From contig JAOUNW010000001.1 in NCBI GenBank assembly GCA_029880755.1, positions 1 through 59,346 on the forward strand: DNA of 59,346 nucleotides, read 5' to 3'. The stretch comes from Gammaproteobacteria bacterium (lineage in GTDB: Bacteria > Pseudomonadota > Gammaproteobacteria > Acidiferrobacterales > SZUA-150). Below the pieces are notes generated by a model. The model saw only the letters and a program-made list of their open reading frames with translations. It was not told the DNA's origin and did not search any database. Of this stretch, positions 26,417 through 36,025 are shown piece by piece; the stretch's first letter is position 1, and each line of letters starts with the position of its first letter. The position numbers and the translations under genes were made by a program.

Positions 26417-28186
26417 ATGTTTCGTATTCGTAAGATTTATGACGATGCTTCACCGCGCAATCGTAGCGCCATCGAACAGGTGTTGGAGATTCTGCGCCAG
26501 CAATTTCCCGGCGCACGCCCGGTAGAGTTCGATAAACTACCGAAACAACTGACCGATCCCCTTAAGTATAAATATCGTTCCGTACTGCTGGTGGCAGAGG
26601 ATGGAATGGACAACGTCAAGGGATTTGCCATGTTGTTACATATGCCTGATATTGAGATCGTGTATCTGGAGTTGGTATCGGCAGCACCGGGTGGTACAGG
26701 TGGAGGTATAGGCAGCGCTCTGTATGAGCGAGTGCGCGAGGAAGCACTGTCACTTAATGTTTACGGCATATTTTTCGAATGTAGTGTCGATGACCCGAAA
26801 GTTATTCAAGGCCCGGAGACGTTGAAGCAGAACATAGCGCGACTACGATTTTATGAGCGATACGGCGCCAGACCGATAATTAACAATGTCTATGCCTCAC
26901 CAGTTAACGAAGGGGATCAAGATCTTTATTACTTGGTATTCGACGATATCGGCCAGGGAGTCACTCTCAGGCGGCAGATAGCACGTAAGGTAGTGCGCGC
27001 TATCCTGGAACGTAAGTACTCTGATGTTATACCAAAAAAACAAATTGATGAGGTGGTTAACTCATTTCGCGATGATCCAATACGGCTCCGTGAACCACGT
27101 TATCTTAATCCAAAAAAGTTCAGCGATACTTTGCCGAAAACAAAGGGCATAGCCTTAATTGTTAATGAGGGACATGATATTCATCACGTCAGGGACCATG
27201 GTTATGTTGAGGCGCCCGTCAGACTGTCAGCTATATTGCATCACTTGAATAAAACCAGTTTGTTTACTCGTATCAATCCAAAACGCACACCAGAGAAATA
27301 CATAAAAGCGGTACATGATCACAATTTTGTGCATTATCTGCGTCGTGCTTGTGCCCGCTTGCCCATGGGGAAATCCATTTATCCAATAATATTTCCCATT
27401 CGTAATGTAGCAAGGCCACCGAAAGACTTCGAGTTACAGGTGGGTTATTATTGCGTTGATACCTTTACGCCGCTTAATCATAACGCCTATCTGGCAGCTC
27501 GGGGTGCGGTGGATTGTGCAGTTACAGGCGCCAATGCCATTCTTGAAGGGTTTGATATCGCCTATGCCTTGGTGCGTCCGCCCGGGCATCACGCCGAACG
27601 GCGAGCGTTTGGCGGATTCTGTTATTTTAATTCTGCTGCAGTTGCCGCCAATTACCTGAGCAGTTATGGCCGCGTGGCTGTTCTGGATGTGGATTTTCAT
27701 CATGGTAATGGCACCCAGAATATTTTCTATCAACGCGCTGATGTCTTTACTGTATCTATCCATGGTGATCCGCATTTTGCATATCCACATTTTTCCGGTT
27801 TTGCCGATGAAAAAGGCGAAGGAGACGGCATGGGCTATAATTTGAATTTACCGTTGCCGGAAAAAACCGATGTTGATCGTTATCAGCGAACATTGACCAG
27901 AGCATTGAAAAAGATAGCCGATTTCCGGCCAGCGTTTCTCGTAGTGGCCTTGGGTTTGGATACGGCCAAGGCTGATCCTACCGGTACCTGGCAACTGGTA
28001 GCCAAGGATTTTCATGCAAATGGACGCATGATCGGTGGTCTCAATTTACCAACATTGGTAGTGCAGGAAGGCGGTTACCGTACTCGCACGCTTGGTAGTA
28101 ATGCGCGACATTTTTTCGAAGGGTTGTGGGCGACCCATCGTGTGCGCGCGAAATCATCAAAACAGAAACAGGCGCCTGTTAAATAA
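26417..28186 (+). CDS. Fusion protein: N-terminal GNAT-like domain plus C-terminal histone-deacetylase/acetylpolyamine-amidohydrolase-family domain
   Basis: The N-terminal domain has a GNAT motif-A-like element (VYLELVSAAPGGTGGGIGSALYERVREEA). The HDAC domain shows PPGHHAE, FCYFNSAAVA, DVDFHHGNGTQ and EGGY. I chose the ATG at 26417 rather than the TTG at 26402. Confidence 0.8.
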   Translation: MFRIRKIYDDASPRNRSAIEQVLEILRQQFPGARPVEFDKLPKQLTDPLKYKYRSVLLVAEDGMDNVKGFAMLLHMPDIEIVYLELVSAAPGGTGGGIGSALYERVREEALSLNVYGIFFECSVDDPKVIQGPETLKQNIARLRFYERYGARPIINNVYASPVNEGDQDLYYLVFDDIGQGVTLRRQIARKVVRAILERKYSDVIPKKQIDEVVNSFRDDPIRLREPRYLNPKKFSDTLPKTKGIALIVNEGHDIHHVRDHGYVEAPVRLSAILHHLNKTSLFTRINPKRTPEKYIKAVHDHNFVHYLRRACARLPMGKSIYPIIFPIRNVARPPKDFELQVGYYCVDTFTPLNHNAYLAARGAVDCAVTGANAILEGFDIAYALVRPPGHHAERRAFGGFCYFNSAAVAANYLSSYGRVAVLDVDFHHGNGTQNIFYQRADVFTVSIHGDPHFAYPHFSGFADEKGEGDGMGYNLNLPLPEKTDVDRYQRTLTRALKKIADFRPAFLVVALGLDTAKADPTGTWQLVAKDFHANGRMIGGLNLPTLVVQEGGYRTRTLGSNARHFFEGLWATHRVRAKSSKQKQAPVK

Positions 28187-28249
28187 GGACCGGGGCTCAA
28201 CCGGATCTTATTACACCTGATGGATGGCTGCTAAGGTGATTGGAACAGA

Positions 28250-29581
28250 TTAGCGCGCGCCTTGTGAACCCCGATGGCTGCGATTCCCGGGTTTATGACG
28301 GGACCGGTTCGGATAGCCCGGAGCTCCCTTGAGCGCAGGCCGTTGACCTTTGTTGGCTGGCGCTGTCTTTTTTCCCGCGGGGTTTCTCGCTTTTTGTTGT
28401 TGCCTGCCACGACCCTGATTGATGGGTTCAGCCTTAATGGAAGGGTCGGGCGCATAGCCGTCAATCACCACCTTAGGGATATCGCGTTTAATCAGACGTT
28501 CAATATCTCTAAGAAATCCCGATTCATCAACACAAACCAGTGACATGGCCTCACCCTCATGGCCTGCGCGGCCTGTACGACCGATGCGGTGCACATAGTC
28601 TTCGGGTATGTTGGGTAATTCATAGTTCACCACATGCGGTAACTGGGTAATATCCAGTCCTCGCGCGGCAATATCGGTTGCCACCAATGCTCGTACCTGA
28701 CCGGTTTTAAAATCCGCCAGCGCACGGGTGCGTGCCCCCTGGCTTTTGTTGCCGTGGATGGCGCATGCGCTAATACCATCTTTATTCAATTGTTCTGCAA
28801 GACGGTTTGCGCCATGCTTGGTACGGGTAAACACCAGCACTTGTTTCCAGTTGTTGGAGCCGATGAGAAAAGACAACAGTTCACGTTTGCGCGATTTATC
28901 CACCGGATGTACGACTTGCGAGACCAGTTCTGCAGAGGCATTACGCTGAGCAACTTCCACCAGTGCAGGCGACTCGAGCAGATCATTGGCAAGTTTTTTA
29001 ATCTCATCTGAAAACGTGGCGGAAAACAGCAGCGTTTGTTTCTGTCTTGGTAGTAGTGACAAAACCTTGCGGATGTCACGTATGAAACCCATGTCCAGCA
29101 TGCGGTCAGCTTCATCGAGCACCAGTATTTCAATTTTCGAAAGATTTGCGGAATTCTGGCCGACATGATCCAGCAATCTTCCCGGCGTGGCCACCAGAAT
29201 ATCGACGCCCTTAATGAGTTTTATTTTTTGCGGATTGATGCTGACACCACCAAACACCACGGCGGATCTTAAAGGCAGATATCTTCCGTAGGTCTCTACA
29301 CTTTCCGCAACCTGCGCCGCTAGCTCCCGGGTGGGTGTTAATACCAATGCGCGAATCGGACGACGACCGGTTTCCGATTGAGTAGACGACATTAATCTTT
29401 GTAGTAGAGGCAGGGTAAAACCGGCTGTTTTGCCCGTACCGGTTTGCGCGCCACCCATAATATCGCGCCCTTCCAGAATCAGAGGGATCGCCTGTTGTTG
29501 TATGGGGGTGGCCTTGTTGTAGCCTTTTTCAGCTACCGCGCGAAGTAATTCGGCTCTGAGACCGAGGGATTCAAATGACAT
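28250..29581 (-). CDS. rhlE: DEAD-box ATP-dependent RNA helicase (RhlE-like, basic C-terminal tail)
   Basis: Q-motif region, [15 protein letters not shown] and [10 protein letters not shown]. The start is set at MSFESLGL (29581), consistent with the helicase N-terminus. Confidence 0.9.
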   Translation of the reverse strand: MSFESLGLRAELLRAVAEKGYNKATPIQQQAIPLILEGRDIMGGAQTGTGKTAGFTLPLLQRLMSSTQSETGRRPIRALVLTPTRELAAQVAESVETYGRYLPLRSAVVFGGVSINPQKIKLIKGVDILVATPGRLLDHVGQNSANLSKIEILVLDEADRMLDMGFIRDIRKVLSLLPRQKQTLLFSATFSDEIKKLANDLLESPALVEVAQRNASAELVSQVVHPVDKSRKRELLSFLIGSNNWKQVLVFTRTKHGANRLAEQLNKDGISACAIHGNKSQGARTRALADFKTGQVRALVATDIAARGLDITQLPHVVNYELPNIPEDYVHRIGRTGRAGHEGEAMSLVCVDESGFLRDIERLIKRDIPKVVIDGYAPDPSIKAEPINQGRGRQQQKARNPAGKKTAPANKGQRPALKGAPGYPNRSRHKPGNRSHRGSQGAR

Positions 29582-30110
29582 GCTATGATGTTCTCCAAAA
29601 ATACGTTTGGGTATCGGCCTACCCAATGCTTTTGTTTTGGGTCGGTCTAGGCGGAAAGTGTGTGTTTCGAGGTAAATCGGGAAGGATTACCGCGTTGACG
29701 GCAAGTGCAGACCGAAGTGCACCGATGCTTGTGACGGAACTATACCACAGCTGCTGCATTAGAGAGAGAAATAACATTGTACGGGTGCTCTTAAGCCTGG
29801 TCCTTTGAGAGCCAAATGGCGAGGAGTGGGCTGGAATATGGCCTGCCTGAGGAACGGGCGCGGAAGGGCGTGAAACCAGGTTTAGCCACTGTTTTGTCGA
29901 AATTAAAAGATCCAATAGCCCTTGATTTACCGTATCTGAGCCCCATTTGGAAAAAAGCATAGTGTTTCTGGATAAAAACAGGGTATACTACGTGGCGCTA
30001 CATTCTATCCTGGTTTTTGTCAGAAGTTTTCTCGAAGTTTTCTCCTGTTAATTACCTCGCAAGATTTGTAACACATACTTATTTTTTAATTTTTTATTGA
30101 GGTATTTAAC

Positions 30111-30311
30111 ATGGCAACAGGAACCGTTAAATGGTTTAACGAATCCAAAGGCTTCGGCTTTATCACTCCTTCTGATGGCAGCAAAGATGTATTTGTTCAC
30201 TTTTCTGTTATCGCCAGCGAAGGTTTTCGCACTCTGGCAGAAGGCCAGCAGGTGACCTTCGATGTAGAAAACGGACCCAAAGGCCCGCAGGCGACAAACG
30301 TACGGATCTAA
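30111..30311 (+). CDS. CspA-family cold-shock protein
   Basis: 66 aa. RNP1 KGFGFI and RNP2 VFVHF. Long AT-rich 5' leader. Confidence 0.95.
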   Translation: MATGTVKWFNESKGFGFITPSDGSKDVFVHFSVIASEGFRTLAEGQQVTFDVENGPKGPQATNVRI

Positions 30312-30339
30312 CCAATCTGTTGGTTTGATGTTTCGAATG

Positions 30340-30372
30340 AACCCCGCGAGCAATTGCGGGGTTTATTTTTTT
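30340..30372 (+). terminator. Intrinsic terminator/attenuator between the csp and RRM genes
   Basis: Stem aaccccgc/gcggggtt followed by tattttttt. The RRM gene starts only 23 nt further on. Confidence 0.65.
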
Positions 30373-30394
30373 ACACGAGAAGAGGTATTTAAAC

Positions 30395-30664
30395 GTGAAG
30401 AAACTATTTGTTGGCAGTTTGCCACCTACGACTACTGAAGAATCCCTGGAGACTCTGTTTTCAGAATTTGGCACAGTGCGCTCGATCAAACTCGTGAAAG
30501 ACCTGTTCTCAGGTCACTGTAAAGGATTTGGTTTTCTGGAAATGGAAGGCCACCATGCCCGTGCAGCCATTGCTGGACTGGATGGCAAATCATTTCAGGG
30601 TCATATGCTTAAGGTTAAATATGAAGAAGATCGCGCAGCTGGTCACAAGGGCAAGCGCCGCTGA
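30395..30664 (+). CDS. RRM (RNP-1) domain RNA-binding protein
   Basis: RNP2 LFVGSL and RNP1 KGFGFLEM, with a basic tail. GTG start with AGAGG 9 nt upstream. Confidence 0.85.
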   Translation: MKKLFVGSLPPTTTEESLETLFSEFGTVRSIKLVKDLFSGHCKGFGFLEMEGHHARAAIAGLDGKSFQGHMLKVKYEEDRAAGHKGKRR

Positions 30665-30717
30665 GCTTAGGCGGACATGATTGCATTGGTAGATAATGAT
30701 TGGCGCAGGAACACTTT

Positions 30718-30972
30718 ATGACATTTATTAGAGACGCAGTGTCACCCGATAAAACCTACCAGGTGGTGGCAGTAGAAAAGACTGAGCCACCGGCGGGTAT
30801 GAAGGGCGGAAGCTGGTACAAGTACATTATTGCGCTGGAGGATCATGCCATTGTCGGTAATCGGCGCGGCACACTTAAGCAGGTTACAGAGTATGCCAAC
30901 GAATGCGCCGAGAACCTCAGCTCCCGCGTTGCCCGTGGTACATCCACCTGGGTTTCCCGTCGCAAGAGATAA
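30718..30972 (+). CDS. Hypothetical protein (84 aa)
   Basis: ORF immediately downstream of the RRM gene on the same strand. No family recognised. Confidence 0.4.
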   Translation: MTFIRDAVSPDKTYQVVAVEKTEPPAGMKGGSWYKYIIALEDHAIVGNRRGTLKQVTEYANECAENLSSRVARGTSTWVSRRKR

Positions 30973-31265
30973 TCCGATCCATATATCCTTATGCACTTTT
31001 TCGGTGCGATGGGAATTTATTTAGTGTGTCTGTGCCGAGGCGACCCGGAATGATCGCTACCTCGGGTGATACCGCTAGACTACTCACGCGCAATTCAGCT
31101 GCAAAATCAATAGTGAGTGCTTCTCCCGAGGAAAAGGGGATGGGCGAATAAGCTCATAGTTGTCCGGTGTATTTCCCAGCCTCTTGATATTGATCAATAT
31201 TTCAGCCGACAAACAAAATTATAATAATTGCCGTTATCTAGACCATCCAAAGAAAAAGAGAATTT

Positions 31266-32015
31266 ATGGCCTGTACCTATAGCAAAAAGGAGGACGCCCG
31301 CAGAAGGGCCTTTGAGGCTATCTGGGCCAACGATATCAACGAAGTATTTGCCGATGTTGCCGATTATTATGATCGTATTAATTTGTTTGCAAGCCTCGGT
31401 ATGCTGGATATCTGGCGCGATAATTTTATCTCAACCATCGAAACCCGACCCAAAGACAGGGTGCTGGATGTGTGTGCGGGAACCAACGTAGTTGGAATTG
31501 ACCTGCTGAAACGGCAACCGGACCTCGATGTCTATGCCATCGATAGAAGTGTCGCCATGCAGGAAGTGGGCAGAGAGCGGGCACAGCGCCAAGGTTTTAA
31601 TATTAATGGCGTTATTGGCGATGTGCACAAATTACCATTTCCGGATAACTACTTTGACGTTGTGACGCTGCAATATGCTACACGCCATTTACGTGTCATG
31701 GATGTTTTTTGCGAGATTAATCGTGTCCTGAAGCCGGGAGGGCATTTTTATCACTGCGATATGTTAAGGCCCGCCAATAAATTTGTTGAGCAAGCGTACT
31801 ATCTGTACCTCAGAAGCTGTTTAATGTTTTTGTCCTGGGCCTTTCGAAGCGGTAAAGCTGCCGTGAGATGCCAGGGCTACTTTATTGATGCTATACGCAT
31901 GTTTTACTCAACAGAGGAGTTGTCGCGGATGATGTCTGAGCTTGGCTACTCTAATATAGTGGGAAAATCTGTCCTGGGAGGGGCAGTGGCTTTCCATCAG
32001 GCATGTAAGGGATAA
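31266..32015 (+). CDS. Class I SAM-dependent methyltransferase, UbiE/MenG-like
   Basis: YDRINLFASLGMLDIWR resembles the UbiE N-terminal block. SAM motif I VLDVCAGTN. FDVVTLQYATRHL. Confidence 0.75.
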   Translation: MACTYSKKEDARRRAFEAIWANDINEVFADVADYYDRINLFASLGMLDIWRDNFISTIETRPKDRVLDVCAGTNVVGIDLLKRQPDLDVYAIDRSVAMQEVGRERAQRQGFNINGVIGDVHKLPFPDNYFDVVTLQYATRHLRVMDVFCEINRVLKPGGHFYHCDMLRPANKFVEQAYYLYLRSCLMFLSWAFRSGKAAVRCQGYFIDAIRMFYSTEELSRMMSELGYSNIVGKSVLGGAVAFHQACKG

Positions 32016-32072
32016 ACATACCTTAAAACTGGATCTTCTTTAGGCAAGAGAGCATTCGGATACTCTAGCCTT

Positions 32073-32579
32073 TTAAATCCCAAGTGCATTAATGACCCAG
32101 CTACTACCGTTATCATCGGCATCGGGGTGGCGATGGTCGATGAGCCGCTCAATTTCGTTTACCCGTTTTTTGGGCACATCCACCATTAATAGCACCTCGT
32201 TGTGATCCAGAGCTACCTGGAATTCTGCCAGGGTGACCTCAGGAACACGTATGGCATAAAACGCCCCACCTAAAAAGGTCGCGATCATTATCGCCAGCGC
32301 CACGATGGACCAAAAACCGAAACCCCACGCTATAGTTAACGCAAAACCGATCAAGGCTACGACGAATAATGTCAGGTCGCTGTTCCAGAGAATCCGCGCC
32401 AGTCGTGCCCGTAGGTCGCGTTTCTGGTATTGCGTGGCCTGGGGCAGGGACGAGATATCGTTATCCTTGCGCGCCAGCGCATGAATGTAGTGCCGGGAAA
32501 TACCCGCTGAGGTAAGGGTGGTCACGGCATCGTGTGCGGTAATGGCTGATGGGAACAGAAAATACAGGCGTCGAAACAT
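32073..32579 (-). CDS. Membrane protein, hypothetical
   Basis: 168 aa with two central TM helices between soluble N- and C-terminal segments. GGAGG precedes the ATG. Confidence 0.6.
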   Translation of the reverse strand: MFRRLYFLFPSAITAHDAVTTLTSAGISRHYIHALARKDNDISSLPQATQYQKRDLRARLARILWNSDLTLFVVALIGFALTIAWGFGFWSIVALAIMIATFLGGAFYAIRVPEVTLAEFQVALDHNEVLLMVDVPKKRVNEIERLIDHRHPDADDNGSSWVINALGI

Positions 32580-32816
32580 GATGCACCTCCTGGTTTGAGT
32601 GGAGAGGCCGCCGTGTTAGCCGGATGTTTCAGTTTAACGCCGATGTTGTACCGGTAAAGAACCCCGGTTTGCAGGGGCAAATGGCTTGACTGGATTTTTT
32701 AGGTCTCAGTTAATGGGCGGTGCCCTATATGTTTGATAAAGTACCGGGGCAGGGGTGTTTTAGGGATGGTTTGGTGCCCTGTATATCGTGCGGGGCCATA
32801 AAGGAGGCGTCATATC

Positions 32817-33086
32817 ATGACCGACTCAGCGCAGCAAGATCTGCACTTGGCGGAAATCCGGGAGCTGGCGCAGCGCTATAGTGCAGAGATGATCGAACAG
32901 TGCCTGCAGCAGGCCCTGTCGCAGCAGGAAAACCCCTGTTTTGACGATGATGAAGTACAGAAGGTGGTTAGTGTATTGGCCAAGGCAGAATTTGTTAAAT
33001 CCTTGATGTCGCAGGGAAAGACCTTATCGGAAGCCATGCGCGAACTGGGTCGGCGTATCCGGGCCGTTCAGAATCTGGCGAAATAG
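32817..33086 (+). CDS. Hypothetical protein (89 aa)
   Basis: AAGGAGG precedes the ATG. Acidic helical protein. No family recognised. Confidence 0.5.
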   Translation: MTDSAQQDLHLAEIRELAQRYSAEMIEQCLQQALSQQENPCFDDDEVQKVVSVLAKAEFVKSLMSQGKTLSEAMRELGRRIRAVQNLAK

Positions 33087-33197
33087 CTTGTTTGAGGCAA
33101 AAATAACGCGCTAGTATTGAGGGCACTAAAGACATTCATCATTTTGTTAGGGACAATAGCCTGGATTGCAACTTGGTTATTCAGGAGAATACGTAAT

Positions 33198-33491
33198 ATG
33201 TTAGAAACAGATGGTGATGGTTTTTTATTGAATCGTGATGAATGGTCAGAGCAGGTGATGCATGATCTTGCCAAAAAAGAAAATTTCGCTCTAACCGATG
33301 ACCATATCAAATATATTTTGTCGGCACGGCAAATGTTTGAAGAAGACGGCACCGTTCCACCGCTGCGGGTGTTCGCCAAGGCCCACGGCATGGACCGCAA
33401 GGCCGGGCCCTTAAACGATCTTTTTGGTGGTGGCCCCATGAAAAAAATCGCCAAGTTTGGCGGCTTACCCAAGCCGACAGGTTGCGTCTAG
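33198..33491 (+). CDS. TusE/DsrC-family sulfur-relay protein (single C-terminal Cys type)
   Basis: The C-terminus ...GGLPKPTGCV is diagnostic. The second DsrC Cys, 10 residues upstream, is absent, so the protein is TusE/RspA-like. CAGGAGA precedes the ATG at 33198. Confidence 0.9.
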   Translation: MLETDGDGFLLNRDEWSEQVMHDLAKKENFALTDDHIKYILSARQMFEEDGTVPPLRVFAKAHGMDRKAGPLNDLFGGGPMKKIAKFGGLPKPTGCV

Positions 33492-33532
33492 AGTCAGGCA
33501 AGGCAACGCCGCGCCTGTTCTGTGGTACACCT

Positions 33533-33733
33533 ATGTCGAACTTTCCCTTTACCATCCCGGGTCATATTCAGTGGATTGCGCAGGACAGCAATGGCGTTTG
33601 GTGGGGCTATACCGCTGAACCCCATCGCCATGATACGGGCTGGTATGAGAATGAGACGGGTGAGTATATTCGATTGGGCGTCACTGAATCCGCAGGCTGG
33701 GAGCGGTCTCTACAAAGAGTGATCAATAAATAA
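33533..33733 (+). CDS. Hypothetical protein (66 aa, Trp-rich)
   Basis: ORF from the ATG at 33533, 42 nt after the tusE/dsrC stop. No family recognised. Confidence 0.4.
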   Translation: MSNFPFTIPGHIQWIAQDSNGVWWGYTAEPHRHDTGWYENETGEYIRLGVTESAGWERSLQRVINK

Positions 33734-33831
33734 TATTGTGGTTATTGTGGTGAGGGATAGTTTTACCGAGTTATAGGGTACGATGACAATAAGTCCATTG
33801 CTCGTTGCTTTTTTCATAATAATGATTCAGA

Positions 33832-33988
33832 CCATGATGTCGAATCAGTTGTGCCTGTTAAACAGAAACATGGCGTCTTACCCCAGTTGGGATCCTGTCA
33901 CACTGGCCTGATTGACGGTTATGTCATTGAAGGTCACGTGCCGGCGGATGGCATCAAGCGTCTGTTAAGAGAAAAGCCTGCCGTCGCC
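33832..33988 (+). pseudogene. Internal fragment of a DUF411 gene, and a direct repeat of 36178-36334
   Basis: Hand alignment gives 157 bp with 6 mismatches to the intact DUF411 gene. It has no 5' half and no start codon. An in-frame TGA sits at the junction. Confidence 0.85.
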
Positions 33989-34068
33989 TGAATGATTTGT
34001 TCGGTGGCGGATCCATGAAAAAAATCGCCAAGTTTGGTGGTTTGCCCAAGCCCACCGACTGCATCTAA
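33988..34068 (+). pseudogene. 3'-terminal remnant (26 codons plus stop) of a second tusE/dsrC-type gene
   Basis: It encodes LNDLFGGGSMKKIAKFGGLPKPTDCI*. It matches 33411-33491 at 62/81 nt, and the differences are mostly synonymous. It is out of frame with the adjoining DUF411 fragment. Confidence 0.75.
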
Positions 34069-34077
34069 AAAGAAAAC

Positions 34078-34115
34078 GGACCCTGTTTCACTTCCGAGAA
34101 CAGGGTCCGGCAAGT
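34078..34115 (-). terminator. Rho-independent terminator of the multicopper oxidase gene
   Basis: The minus strand reads GGACCCTGTT-loop-AACAGGGTCC followed by GTTTTCTTTTT. Confidence 0.7.
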
Positions 34116-34138
34116 TTTATTGTTATTGTTTTATAGTT

Positions 34139-35614
34139 TTAAATCACTTCAAAGTTCAGCATCATGCCGTTGTCTTCATGTTCCAGGCGATGGCAATGCA
34201 TAACATAGACGCCCTTATAACCGTCAAAGCGAATCAGTACCTCAACGGTTTCGCCGTCCTGCAGTAATACCGTATCTTTCCATCCACGCTCCCATGGGAA
34301 TACCATATTACCGCGGCCACCTGTGCGCGAAATCACCTGATAGGAGGCGCCGTGAATATGAATCGGGTGAGGTGCATTACCACCGGTGGTAAAACGCCAC
34401 AACTCGGTTTGTCCCATAGGCACCTGGAACTCAATGGCATTCATGTCATAAGTTTTGCCATTGATTTGACGCATGCCGTCGAAACTGAAGTTGCGTTCCA
34501 CAACAGGATTGGCCAGTGTTTCAATAGTGGAGAGTGTGCCTGTCGGTAGCGTGTCGCCAAGGTTTACTTGACGGGTGACGGCAAATTCCAATAAGTCCCA
34601 GCCTTCGTTCAAATCCTGAAGCATGATTGTGGTACCGGCAGGCAGACCTCGGAAGTCGATCAACAGGTCCAGACGCTCACCCGGGCTGAACTCAATGGTG
34701 CCCACCATGGTTGAGGTTTCCAGTAAACCACCGTCCGTACCGATTAAGGTAAAGGGTGCGCCGCTGCTTAAGGCGATACGCCAGACACGCACGTTGCAGC
34801 CATTTAGTACTCGGAAACGGTAGATGGCGGAATCCACTTCCAATCTGGGTTGCAGGGTACCATTAACCATAAACTTGCTGCCCATAAAACCAGATGAGTT
34901 ACCGCTGTACTTTATATTGTTGCTGTTATCCAGCTCGACATCACGGATGACCAGGGGAACTTCATAAGCACCGGAAGGCAAATTCAAGGCAAGTTCTTCA
35001 TTGTCACGCAATAAAAAACCACCGGCCAGACCCAGAGCCACTTGGGAAGCGGTGTGGCCATGCGGGTGCGGGTGGTACCAGTTCATACAGGCACGTTGGA
35101 TAATGGGGTATTCGTAAACGCGACTGGTGCCAGGTGCTACCGGGTTAAACGGCAAGCCGTCCTGATAAGAAGGCGCAATCATGCCGTGCCAATGAACTGT
35201 GGTGTCTTCATCCAGAAGATTGGTGAAATTAATGGAGGCATAATCACCGAGGCTCGCAACGAACGTGGGTCCAGGCATTGAACCATTGTAGGCAAGCGCG
35301 GTGGACAGGCTGCCACCACCGACATCAACGGTGGAGGATGCTGCTTGTAACGCGGCGTTACTGGCCGAGACCACGGGTGGAATAAATAACGGGTTGCGAG
35401 TACTGGTGGAGCCACCGCCGCCTCCGCCATTGCCGCCGCCTCCGCCATTGCCGCCCTTCGCGGCGTAACTGATGTTGGGAATACCGCTAACCAGAGCTCC
35501 GCCAAAGGCTGCCATGGTGGCGCCCATGAATTGACGTCGGTTGATAGTATGTTTGGATGATAAGGGTGTGCTGATACCGTTTACCGGTATCTCAGATGGT
35601 TTTTTACTGCTCAT
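34139..35614 (-). CDS. Multicopper oxidase (CueO/CopA-like), Tat-exported
   Basis: Twin-arginine signal (NRRQFMGA). Copper-ligand motifs HWHG, HPHPHG, HPIHIHG and HCHRLEHEDNGMM. Confidence 0.9.
   Translation of the reverse strand: MSSKKPSEIPVNGISTPLSSKHTINRRQFMGATMAAFGGALVSGIPNISYAAKGGNGGGGGNGGGGGGSTSTRNPLFIPPVVSASNAALQAASSTVDVGGGSLSTALAYNGSMPGPTFVASLGDYASINFTNLLDEDTTVHWHGMIAPSYQDGLPFNPVAPGTSRVYEYPIIQRACMNWYHPHPHGHTASQVALGLAGGFLLRDNEELALNLPSGAYEVPLVIRDVELDNSNNIKYSGNSSGFMGSKFMVNGTLQPRLEVDSAIYRFRVLNGCNVRVWRIALSSGAPFTLIGTDGGLLETSTMVGTIEFSPGERLDLLIDFRGLPAGTTIMLQDLNEGWDLLEFAVTRQVNLGDTLPTGTLSTIETLANPVVERNFSFDGMRQINGKTYDMNAIEFQVPMGQTELWRFTTGGNAPHPIHIHGASYQVISRTGGRGNMVFPWERGWKDTVLLQDGETVEVLIRFDGYKGVYVMHCHRLEHEDNGMMLNFEVI
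35415..35455 (-). repeat. Perfect 18-bp tandem duplication (about 2.3 copies) encoding a Gly-rich linker
   Basis: The plus strand shows ccgccgcctccgccattg twice, then ccgcc. It encodes GGNGGG GGNGGG directly after the Tat signal of the oxidase. Confidence 0.8.
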
Positions 35615-36025
35615 TACTCTCTCCTCGGCTGATAGTGTTACTTGTCGTTATTAATGTCTGCCCTGACAAGCCCAATTCTTGAATTAGCGGCACAAGTAAC
35701 CCCGCTCCCTCAAGGAAGCGCCGCAAGTCAATGGATTGGAGGCGCGCGAATGAAAAGCCGTACAAGCTGGCGCGCGCAAGTTCCATCCCTCCCAAGTTGT
35801 ATTTTGTTATTGTTCTTTTATTGTTGTGGCCGGTATGGTACGCAAGGATTTAGAGCCTGTCTATTTCCTTTAATTTATTAGTTTATTAGAAACTACTTAT
35901 TCTTAGGGGGAATAGCAGTGCTAGAGAGAAAGGTTCGGTAAGCCCATTTTTAGTGAAGCTACGAACAGCAAATTGGATATACTCCCGAGACCGAAAAGTA
36001 ACAGCGGGTTTAACGGAGGTGGGAT

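Noticed and set aside
29619-29960. 113-aa minus-strand ORF between the rhlE-like and csp genes
   Set aside because: It has no RBS or motif. The region is better explained as the long 5' leaders and divergent promoters typical of DEAD-box helicase and csp genes.
31187-31200. 14-bp perfect palindrome atattgatcaatat (contains GATC) upstream of the UbiE-like methyltransferase gene
   Set aside because: It is short and AT-rich in an AT-rich spacer. Chance occurrence is plausible and no regulator context exists.
33068-33472. 134-aa antisense ORF opposite the tusE/dsrC-type gene
   Set aside because: The plus-strand gene ends in the diagnostic PKPTGCV, so the antisense frame is a shadow ORF.
35615-36025. 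Search for a CueR/MerR- or CopR/CusR-type operator between the oxidase and DUF411 genes
   Set aside because: I found only a weak 6-bp dyad (cttgtc...gacaag) and a tandem tttattag-tttattag. Neither resembles the known boxes, and no regulator gene is adjacent.
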